Below are positions 1 to 7,309 of a stretch of DNA of 13,056 nt, piece by piece (position 1 is the stretch's first letter; each line of letters begins with the position of its first letter). The notes beneath the pieces were generated by a model. The model saw nothing but the letters and a program-made list of their open reading frames with translations. It was not told the DNA's origin and did no database searches. Source of the stretch: Verrucomicrobiota bacterium (GTDB taxonomy: Bacteria > Verrucomicrobiota > Lentisphaeria > Lentisphaerales > Lentisphaeraceae); assembly GCA_039798785.1 (NCBI GenBank), contig JBDKFG010000099.1, forward strand, positions 1 to 13,056, in the 5' to 3' direction. The position numbers and the translations under genes are program-made.

Positions 1-86
1 TCCGCTCTAAATTAGTGGCCAACTTTCTTGATTGCAGAATGTTATGATTATGAGACACGGCATGTATCATGTGAAGCGGGAAACAT

Positions 87-293
87 CTAAAAACCGCAGT
101 TGAAAGGTTCAAAGGTTGCAAGGTTTAGCTAGAACAGCAATAGGTTATGATATCCAAAGGACTCTTGGCAAAGTTCTGGCCCCTCAAGTCTTTCTGGCCG
201 CAAAAATTCATTGCTTGTTATTCTTGTTCAATTGTTTGCGTTTCAACCTTCCAACCTTTCAACCCGGCTCCGCTGCTCTACTGCGGTTTTTAG
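87..293. repeat. MITE-like / long imperfect inverted-repeat element
   Basis: Perfect 14-bp terminal IR CTAAAAACCGCAGT (87-100) / ACTGCGGTTTTTAG (280-293). Inner IR GTTGAAAGGTTCAAAGGTTGCAA (99-121) pairs with 241-263 at 20/23. Lower GC than the neighbouring genes. No clear target-site duplication. Confidence 0.6.
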
Positions 294-456
294 GTTCATT
301 TGAGCTTGGAAGATGATGCCTGCCAGATTCACTGGAGATCATTCGCTACAACCTGCTCCGCCAAGCCCCCCCTGAGTTCACTAATACAGACCGAATTCCA
401 TTGCCGCAGTCTAGGCTTTCAGGAGGCCAGGCCATATATTGCGGTGTCATAAACTT

Positions 457-462
457 GGGAGG
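457..462 (+). promoter_or_regulatory. Shine-Dalgarno site of pckA
   Basis: GGGAGG 5 nt upstream of ATG 468. A possible -10 element TATATT lies at 435-440. Confidence 0.75.
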
Positions 463-467
463 TCACC

Positions 468-2021
468 ATGTCGGATCTGATTCCCGGAATCCTCGCCGGC
501 ACTTATCACCGCAACCTGGACGCCGCCGGATGGCGAAAGATCGAGGAGCTCGATCCCGAGGCAAGGTTCAGCGCCAACGGCACCCTGGTGGTCGACACGG
601 GCAAATACACCGGGCGCTCTCCTAAAGATAAATACATCGTCCATCAGGGCGCAGCAATCCCGGAGGCCTGGTGGGGAGAAGTCAACCAGGCGATTTCGCC
701 GGAGCTTGCGGCCGAACTTCGACGCCGGGTCTGCAGGCATCTCAGCGGCCGCGAGCTTTATGTCCAGGACGGCTTTGCCGGAGCGGCACCGGCGCATCGG
801 CTGGCGGTGAGGACCGTCGCAGCCAAGCCCTGGCAGGCCCATTTCATGCACAACATGCTGATTCGTCCCGACGCGGCCGAGCTGGCCGCCTTTTCGCCGC
901 AGCTGAAGATCCTCAATGCCGCCGGACTGGTGGTGGACGACTGGAAGGAGCTCGGCTTGCGTTCGTCGACTTTCATCGTCTTGGATCTCGAAGCGATGGA
1001 GATTCTCATCGGCGGCACTTGGTACACCGGCGAGATGAAGAAGGGGGTCTTCACGGTGATGAACTGGCTCCTGCCTCGGCGCGGCGTCCTCTCGATGCAC
1101 TGTTCCGCCAACCTCGGGGTGGACGGCTCCTGCGCCCTTTTCTTCGGCCTTTCGGGAACCGGCAAGACCACCCTGAGTGCCGATCCGGACAGGCTGCTGA
1201 TCGGCGATGACGAGCATGGCTGGGACGACGAAGGGATCTTCAACATCGAAGGCGGCTGCTACGCCAAGTGCATCCATCTCGATCCCGGGAAGGAGCCGGA
1301 GATCTTCCAGGCCATCCGACCCGGCGCCATCCTGGAAAACGTCATCCTGAAACCAGGCGGCGAACCCGATTATGATGACGCCTCTCGGACCGAAAACACC
1401 CGTGTCAGCTATCCGATAGATTTCATCCCCAATATCGCCACATCCTCGCGCGGCCAACATCCTCGCCAGATCATCTTCCTCACTTGTGATGCCTTCGGGG
1501 TCCTGCCTCCGGTGTCCCGCCTTGAAGAGAGCCAGATCCGCCAGTACTTCCTTTCTGGATACACGGCAAAGGTGGCCGGAACCGAACGCGGCATCACCGA
1601 GCCTCAAGCCACCTTCTCTCCTTGCTTCGGCGGCCCCTTCCTGCCCTTGCCCCCGACCCGTTACGCCGATCTCCTGATCGACAAGATCCAGCGTCACGGC
1701 GCCAGCGTCTGGCTGGTCAACACCGGCTGGAGCGGCGGGCCCTGCGGCGTCGGTCAGCGGATGCCGATCCCGCTCACCCGGCGCCTGGTCGGCGGGATCC
1801 TTTCTGGAGAGATGGACAAGGCGGAATTCCGCCAGGCCGCCGCTCTCGGGCTGAGGATTCCCGCGGCCTTGGCAGGCGTAGACAGCCGGGTCCTCGAACC
1901 CCGCAACACCTGGGCCGATCCTCTCGCCTACGACGCCGCCGCCAATCGCCTCGCGACGATGTTCGCGGCCAACGCCGCCGCCACGCGCTCCGGCTGTTTC
2001 GGCGTCAGCGGCGGCGGCTGA
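468..2021 (+). CDS. pckA: Phosphoenolpyruvate carboxykinase (ATP)
   Basis: Motifs TGRSPKDKYIV, GGTWYTGEMKKG, MHCSAN, P-loop FFGLSGTGKTTLS, LIGDDEHGW, FNIEGGCYAK, ENTRVSYP, IFLTCDAFGVLPP, FLSGYTAKVAGTERG, WLVNTGW. Strong RBS. Confidence 0.98.
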   Translation: MSDLIPGILAGTYHRNLDAAGWRKIEELDPEARFSANGTLVVDTGKYTGRSPKDKYIVHQGAAIPEAWWGEVNQAISPELAAELRRRVCRHLSGRELYVQDGFAGAAPAHRLAVRTVAAKPWQAHFMHNMLIRPDAAELAAFSPQLKILNAAGLVVDDWKELGLRSSTFIVLDLEAMEILIGGTWYTGEMKKGVFTVMNWLLPRRGVLSMHCSANLGVDGSCALFFGLSGTGKTTLSADPDRLLIGDDEHGWDDEGIFNIEGGCYAKCIHLDPGKEPEIFQAIRPGAILENVILKPGGEPDYDDASRTENTRVSYPIDFIPNIATSSRGQHPRQIIFLTCDAFGVLPPVSRLEESQIRQYFLSGYTAKVAGTERGITEPQATFSPCFGGPFLPLPPTRYADLLIDKIQRHGASVWLVNTGWSGGPCGVGQRMPIPLTRRLVGGILSGEMDKAEFRQAAALGLRIPAALAGVDSRVLEPRNTWADPLAYDAAANRLATMFAANAAATRSGCFGVSGGG

Positions 2022-2446
2022 TGAGGAAAGCCCTCTCCAGAATCCTGTTGGTGGCCACCGCAATTGCGGGTCTGGCCTTCTTGGCGCTGTCCCTCCCGGC
2101 GAAGCTGTCCCTCGACCGCTCCTTTGATCCCTCGGTGATCGCGATGCCTAGTCTCAAACAGAGTCAGATGGTGCGGGGGACTTACCATGCCGATATTGAC
2201 CTCTACTTGCTTGAGTACCGGGATCCTCAGGTCCAGCGGAAACTCGCAATCCTGGATTCGGATCTCCGAAAAAGCTTCTGGAAACCCTTGGGGCCTGGCC
2301 AGGGATTTGAGCAGCGCTACATCCACGAGAACCAGGACCTGATCGGCTTTTCGGCGACGGAAGACGGGGTCGCGATCTTTTTCAGCCGCAGATCCAACAG
2401 CTTGAAGAATGCCTTGAAACTGTGGCGGGATTTCCACGTGCCGTAA
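2021..2446 (+). CDS. Hypothetical 141-aa protein with N-terminal signal/membrane anchor
   Basis: The ATG at 2021 overlaps the pckA stop (TGATG). It starts MRKALSRILLVATAIAGLAFLALSLPA (basic residues then a hydrophobic stretch) followed by a globular-looking region. It is the 3' part of the track ORF 1622..2446, whose 5' part is a shadow over pckA. Confidence 0.75.
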   Translation: MRKALSRILLVATAIAGLAFLALSLPAKLSLDRSFDPSVIAMPSLKQSQMVRGTYHADIDLYLLEYRDPQVQRKLAILDSDLRKSFWKPLGPGQGFEQRYIHENQDLIGFSATEDGVAIFFSRRSNSLKNALKLWRDFHVP

Positions 2447-2486
2447 TTGCCGCTGAGTGAGTGCAGCGTTGCATCTTCCCTGCGAC

Positions 2487-2517
2487 TTGCCAAGTCCGGC
2501 TGGTCAAGTAGTATCCT
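2487..2517 (+). promoter_or_regulatory. Putative sigma70-type promoter for the glycan-tailoring operon
   Basis: TTGCCA (2487-2492), 16-nt spacer, TAGTAT (2509-2514); TATCCT at 2512-2517 is an alternative -10. Lies in the 101-bp intergenic gap. Confidence 0.35.
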
Positions 2518-2547
2518 CGGCGCACAATCCACCCCCTAATATTCTCT

Positions 2548-4062
2548 GTGAATCCACCACCACTGACACGCCGCGACGGCCTGCTGATCATCTCCTTTTG
2601 GCTCTGCCTTTGGGCGATCCGTTTTTTTGCGCCGGCCGACTGGTGCGACCTGAACCAGCAGGAGCGGCAAGCCGCCTACGTCCTTGATCTCCTGGTCAAC
2701 GGAGAGTGGATCTGCCAGGAAAACTGCCAAGGGATCCTGGCAGGAAAGCCGCCTTTGTACACCTGGCTCTCAGCCCTGGCATCTCTGATTTTTTGCGGCG
2801 GACAGCTTACTTGGTTCAGCCTGACTTTGCCCGCCAGTGTGGCCGTACTGGGCACCGCCCTCCTGATCTGGCGATGGCTCGGCAGCGAAGTGTCGCCGCG
2901 TGCCGGCTGGCTCGGCGCCATGATCTTCCTCTGCCTGCCGATGAGCAGCAAGATGATCCTTCTCGGACGCATCGACCCCCTACTATGCTTCTTCGTCTTC
3001 GCCTGCTTCGTCACCATCCACCGGGCGCTTTTCCGCGGCGGCTCTTGGATTATCTTCTGGGCGACGGCCACCCTCGGCTTCTTCGCCAAAGGACCGATCT
3101 GCCTGGCACTCGGAGGCTGTTGCGTCATCAGCTGGTTCTGGGAGAAGCGCCACCACGCCGCCGAATGCCCGCCCGCCCCCGCCTGGATCCCCCAAGTCGC
3201 CGGTCTCTGCGGCGTCTTTGCCCTTGCCGGCCTGTGGTTCCTTGTCGCCCGGGAACACATCGGCCCAGCCTTCACCCAACGGGTCATCGAAGGCGAACTC
3301 AAAGGCCACTTCCTCGGCGGTGCAGACGATGTCTACACATGGGACGAACTGCTGTGGAACAAGACCAAGCCATGCTTCTTCATCCTCAGCCGCAGCGCTC
3401 CCTGGAGCCTCATGGCGCTGTGGATGCTCTACCGCCACTTCAAATTCCCGAGCATCGAGTCCCGGCGGCGCCAGGCCAGCTCCGCCCTCGCTGCCGCCTG
3501 GATCGGCGGCACTCTGGTCTTCACCCTCGCCATGCACCGCCGTCCGGACATCATCTATCCGGTGATGCCCTTTGTCGCCGCCTTCGCCGGAATCGCCCTC
3601 GACGATCTCCTGAAGGGAAGCTGGCGACGCCTCGACCGTACCGCCGCAGCACTGATTTTATCCTTCCTCGTCCTTGCCGGCGTCGCAGTCGAACGCTGGA
3701 TCATCCGCCCCGCCGGCTCGAAAGACGTGAGGCGGACCAGTGCAATCGAAGGACTCGCGAAACACTTGCGCCAGCAATTCCCCGACGGTCTGCCGGAATG
3801 GCGTCAGAGCTGGAACACGCCCTTCGGACTGCAGATTTGCTTCAACACCCACACCCAGCATCTGCCCTCAGCCCGACTTGCCGACTTCCTGAAGGCTCAT
3901 CCCTCCGGCCTTGCCATGGTTCACGAAAACGACGAAGCTTCCTTCCTTGATGCCGCCGGCCGGCTCGGACTGGAGCTGGAGAAAATCAGCTTCAGCACGA
4001 GCAATCCATCACTGAAGGGCGAATCCCTGAAGATCTACCGCATAGCGGCGAAGAAACCGTGA
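2548..4062 (+). CDS. ArnT/PMT-family (GT-C fold, GT83/GT39-like) integral membrane glycosyltransferase
   Basis: Many transmembrane segments; GKPPLYTWL; R-x-D (GRIDPLL); FFAKGP; W..V motif (GLWFLVA); PWS; soluble C-terminal domain. GTG start; exact start uncertain. Confidence 0.85.
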   Translation: MNPPPLTRRDGLLIISFWLCLWAIRFFAPADWCDLNQQERQAAYVLDLLVNGEWICQENCQGILAGKPPLYTWLSALASLIFCGGQLTWFSLTLPASVAVLGTALLIWRWLGSEVSPRAGWLGAMIFLCLPMSSKMILLGRIDPLLCFFVFACFVTIHRALFRGGSWIIFWATATLGFFAKGPICLALGGCCVISWFWEKRHHAAECPPAPAWIPQVAGLCGVFALAGLWFLVAREHIGPAFTQRVIEGELKGHFLGGADDVYTWDELLWNKTKPCFFILSRSAPWSLMALWMLYRHFKFPSIESRRRQASSALAAAWIGGTLVFTLAMHRRPDIIYPVMPFVAAFAGIALDDLLKGSWRRLDRTAAALILSFLVLAGVAVERWIIRPAGSKDVRRTSAIEGLAKHLRQQFPDGLPEWRQSWNTPFGLQICFNTHTQHLPSARLADFLKAHPSGLAMVHENDEASFLDAAGRLGLELEKISFSTSNPSLKGESLKIYRIAAKKP

Positions 4063-6017
4063 ACAACAACTTGCGTTACCGCCCTGAAATCGACGGACTG
4101 CGCGCCTTGGCGGTGCTGGGGGTCCTGCTGTATCATCTCAACCCTTCGTGGCTGCCGGGCGGCTATCTCGGGGTCGACATCTTCTTCGTCATCTCCGGCT
4201 TCCTGATCACTTCGATCTTGGTCAAGGGCTGGCAGAGCGGTGATTTCACCTACAGGCAGTTCTATCTCCGCCGGGCTCGCCGGATCCTCCCGGCGATGCT
4301 GGTCGTGACTGCGCTCACCGCCTTCGCTTCCTACTTCATCCTCTTCCCCGACGAGATGAAAAGCGCGGCGAGAGCCTGCCGCCAGGCGCTGCTCTGCTGC
4401 TCGAATTACTATTTCGCCAAGGGCGACGGCTACTTCGATCCGGGTGCCGAGCTCAACCCTTTCCTGCACACCTGGTCCCTCGGGGTCGAGGAGCAGTTCT
4501 ATTTTGTTTTCCCCGTGCTTGGGATATTCGCCTTTCGCCGCGGCTGGCTGAAGGCCCGCTGGATCGGACTCTTCGTGCTGATCGGCTTGATCGGAGCCTC
4601 CCTGCTCACTCATTTCCGCCCCACCTACGCCTTCTTTTCCCTGGAGAGCCGTGCCTGGGAGCTCGCCTGCGGTTCCTGGCTGGCGGTGGCGAGTTCCCGA
4701 GGCAGCACCCTGGCCTGGCTGCAGAGCCGGGGCGCCGCCGCTTCCGGCCTGCTGCTGATGCTGAGCTCCTTGATCTTCCTGGGACGGAATCCCTCCACCC
4801 CAGCTCCGGCGGCAATCATCCCCGTCCTCGGAGCGGCCCTCTTCATCGCCGGCCGCAGCGGCGGAGAAGGCTCCCCGCTCTTCCGCCTCTTCACCGCAGC
4901 GCCAGTTCTTTATCTGGGCCGCATCTCCTACGTCCTCTATCTGGTGCACTGGCCTCTCATCGTCTTGTGCAAAGCTCATTTCGGCGCGCTGGACACGACG
5001 GAGCTGGCGCTGCTCGCCGTCGTCTCGATCATCCTCGCCGCGATTCTCCATCACCTCCTCGAAGACCCCCTGCGGCGAGGCAGGCTCCTGTCATCCTCTG
5101 CCGCCTTCCTCGGGAGCCTGGCGCTGGCCTCTCTGATCCTCTTCGCCGCCAGCCAGACTGCGGTCAGCCGAAAAGGCCTGGTCAATCAACGCATCGTCAG
5201 CTCCTACGACGAAATCCTCCCTGAACTCGGCAAGAAATCCTTCTGGTCGTCCGAGACAAAACCCCTGAAGCTTGGCGACAGCCGCCAGAAAGCAAGCCTA
5301 GCGATCTGGGGCGACAGCCATGCCCAGATGCTTTTGAAGGGACTCCATCCCAGCTTGAAAGAACAGGGCCTGGCCCTCGAGGCCTGGATCTCCGGCGGCT
5401 GCCTCCCGGTGCCAGGATTGAAAAGCAAAGACGACTCGGAAATCTTGAACCAGCGAGCCCTCGAGGCGATTTCCCGTCCGGATATCCGCCAGGTGATCAT
5501 CGCCGCCCGATGGACGCTCTACCTCAAGGGCGGATTTGATTTGAAGCAGCCACGACCGCCTCGACCCAGCCTTTCCGGAATCACCGACAGCGTCGAGGCT
5601 GCCGCCGCTCTCGAGCTTCGCCTTGGACAGCTGATCGACCGTCTTCAATATCAAGGTAAAAAAGTCTACCTCGTCTATCCTGTGCCGGAAAGCGGTGCGC
5701 CGGTGGCTGCGGATCTGGTGAGGCGAGATCTCCGGGCCGAGTCGATTACGGACCTTTCTTCCCCTGAAGCTGCGGCGAACTATCCCAGACGTCAGGATCT
5801 TACCCTGGCCTTGCTCGACCGCCTCTGCGCCACTCGCCCCGCCCTCATCCCCCTTCGCGCCGAAAGCGTCCTGCTCAGCACCTCTGGCCTGAAGCTCAGC
5901 CAAGGCCGAGTCGCCCTTTACGTCGATGACAACCACCTGAGCTGCCGCGGCGCGGAAATCCTCATTCGCAGCTGGCACAGGGAGCTGCAAAAACTGAATA
6001 CCTCACACCCGAATTAA
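4059..6017 (+). CDS. O-acyltransferase, acyltransferase-3 domain fused to C-terminal SGNH domain (OafA/OatA-like)
   Basis: YRPEIDGLRALAVLGVLLYH, GGYLGVDIFFVISGFLI, FYLRRARRILP, HTWSLGVEEQFY, LGRISYVLYLVHWP. SGNH catalytic motifs WGDSHA and DDNHLS. GTGA overlap with the upstream gene. Confidence 0.95.
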   Translation: MNNNLRYRPEIDGLRALAVLGVLLYHLNPSWLPGGYLGVDIFFVISGFLITSILVKGWQSGDFTYRQFYLRRARRILPAMLVVTALTAFASYFILFPDEMKSAARACRQALLCCSNYYFAKGDGYFDPGAELNPFLHTWSLGVEEQFYFVFPVLGIFAFRRGWLKARWIGLFVLIGLIGASLLTHFRPTYAFFSLESRAWELACGSWLAVASSRGSTLAWLQSRGAAASGLLLMLSSLIFLGRNPSTPAPAAIIPVLGAALFIAGRSGGEGSPLFRLFTAAPVLYLGRISYVLYLVHWPLIVLCKAHFGALDTTELALLAVVSIILAAILHHLLEDPLRRGRLLSSSAAFLGSLALASLILFAASQTAVSRKGLVNQRIVSSYDEILPELGKKSFWSSETKPLKLGDSRQKASLAIWGDSHAQMLLKGLHPSLKEQGLALEAWISGGCLPVPGLKSKDDSEILNQRALEAISRPDIRQVIIAARWTLYLKGGFDLKQPRPPRPSLSGITDSVEAAAALELRLGQLIDRLQYQGKKVYLVYPVPESGAPVAADLVRRDLRAESITDLSSPEAAANYPRRQDLTLALLDRLCATRPALIPLRAESVLLSTSGLKLSQGRVALYVDDNHLSCRGAEILIRSWHRELQKLNTSHPN

Positions 6018-6031
6018 TCATCGAGAATTCA

Positions 6032-7213
6032 ATGACTAGCGATAGCAAGACCCGCGAATCGATCTTCGAAAAATCTGTCGATCTGGTTGAACTTTCCAGC
6101 GGTGAACGTGATGGAGACAAAGTCCGGTACAGGATAAGGATCGACGGAAAGAGCTATGAATGCTATTTCTCATGCGCCAGTCTGCGGCTGAATGCCGATG
6201 CCGAGGCCGCCATGTGTCTGACCGGTTTGGCAGCGATGAGCACCGTAGGCGCCGTGCGAGTTTCGGGAGAAGCCTCGCCGGTTTTCCTGAAAAACCTGAC
6301 TCGGATCACGGAAATCTTCAGCTCCTGGTTTCCTCGCTACCATCGTGTCGAGTACAGCGCCGTCTCAGTCAGGAGCCAGCCGCGCCAAGGACGGCGCATC
6401 GGTGCATTTTTCACCGGCGGCGTCGACTCCTTCTACACCTTCCTCAAACATCGCGATGAAATTACCGACCTGATCTTTGTCCACGGCTATGATGTCGATC
6501 TCGACGATCTTCCGCGTCGCCACTCTGTCAGTGCCATGGGGCGAGCCATCGCCAAGGAAAGCGGGGTGAACTTCCTTGAACTGGAAACCGACGCCATCCG
6601 CATTTTCCGCGACTTTGGCCGCTGGGGCCAGCATGCACATGGTTTCGGATTGGCCAGCGCGGCCCGGCACCTCGCGGATGAATTCCAGCGGATCTACATC
6701 CCTTCCACATTCAGCCATCAGGACCTGGTCCCGTGGGCGTCCCACCCCGATACCGACCGTCTCTTCGGCGATGAAACCCTCGAGCTGATCCACGACGGCC
6801 TGGAGGCTGATCGTAGCGCCAAGGTACGTGCCATCGTCGAAGACGATTTGGCATTGCGCCATCTCCGAGTCTGCTGGACGCGCGTCGAAGGCCACTACAA
6901 CTGCGGACGTTGCGAGAAATGCCTCCGGACGATGACGGCCCTGCAGGCCTTCCAGGCCCTCCACCGCTGCTCCACCTTCGAAAAGGAACTGCAACCGCAA
7001 ACCATTCTCGACCTAGTGATTTACGACGACTCACAACGGACCTTCGCCCGCGACAATTTGAAGCTTCTTGAAAGTTGCGGCCAGAATAACAGCCCTCAAG
7101 CACAAGCTTGGCGAAAGATCCTCTCCCGTTCCAAAGCTGCCAACATCTTCAGGCTTTCCCTCAAAAAAATCACCAAAAAACTGAAGCGCTTGAAAAAGAA
7201 ACTGGGGCATTGA
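6032..7213 (+). CDS. Uncharacterised protein with PP-loop (adenine nucleotide alpha-hydrolase-like) motif and Cys4 metal-binding motif
   Basis: GAFFTGGVDS (6401-6430) and C-x9-C-x2-C-x2-C (VCWTRVEGHYNCGRCEKCLRT, Cys codons 6872-6922). Starts 14 bp after the upstream stop, with GAGA upstream of the ATG. Confidence 0.85.
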   Translation: MTSDSKTRESIFEKSVDLVELSSGERDGDKVRYRIRIDGKSYECYFSCASLRLNADAEAAMCLTGLAAMSTVGAVRVSGEASPVFLKNLTRITEIFSSWFPRYHRVEYSAVSVRSQPRQGRRIGAFFTGGVDSFYTFLKHRDEITDLIFVHGYDVDLDDLPRRHSVSAMGRAIAKESGVNFLELETDAIRIFRDFGRWGQHAHGFGLASAARHLADEFQRIYIPSTFSHQDLVPWASHPDTDRLFGDETLELIHDGLEADRSAKVRAIVEDDLALRHLRVCWTRVEGHYNCGRCEKCLRTMTALQAFQALHRCSTFEKELQPQTILDLVIYDDSQRTFARDNLKLLESCGQNNSPQAQAWRKILSRSKAANIFRLSLKKITKKLKRLKKKLGH

Positions 7214-7309
7214 GGATCACCGATCCCCTTCTCGAATCTCCCTCCACCAGCGTTGACAGAGGCTGCTTCCATGCCAATGTCGAAAGACTCATCTTACTTG
7301 GAATTGCGC

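Noticed and set aside
1..70. Minus-strand open frame MIHAVSHNHNILQSRKLATNLER running off the left edge
   Set aside because: Only 23 codons, no RBS or motif; cannot be supported.
116..316. 66-aa ORF with TTG start
   Set aside because: Lies within the inverted-repeat element; no clear RBS or recognisable motif.
1622..2020. 5' part of the 274-aa plus-strand ORF
   Set aside because: Arg/Pro-rich off-frame translation overlapping pckA; the real start is probably ATG 2021.
447..2063. 538-aa minus-strand ORF
   Set aside because: Antisense shadow of pckA caused by high-GC codon bias; no motifs.
2622..2628. T7 tract near the 5' end of the ArnT-like gene as a phase-variation switch
   Set aside because: Too short to be convincing; encodes Phe-Phe and the frame is intact.
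2706..3950. 414-aa alternative-frame ORF inside the ArnT-like gene
   Set aside because: Arg/Pro-rich composition typical of off-frame GC-rich DNA.
4035..5990. Minus-strand ORFs 4035..5054 and 5298..5990
   Set aside because: Antisense shadows of the acyltransferase.
6032..7213. Calling this gene queC or a Qat/Dpd-type defence component
   Set aside because: Much longer than QueC, with no queD/E/F, TatD or ATPase neighbours; the context is glycan biosynthesis.
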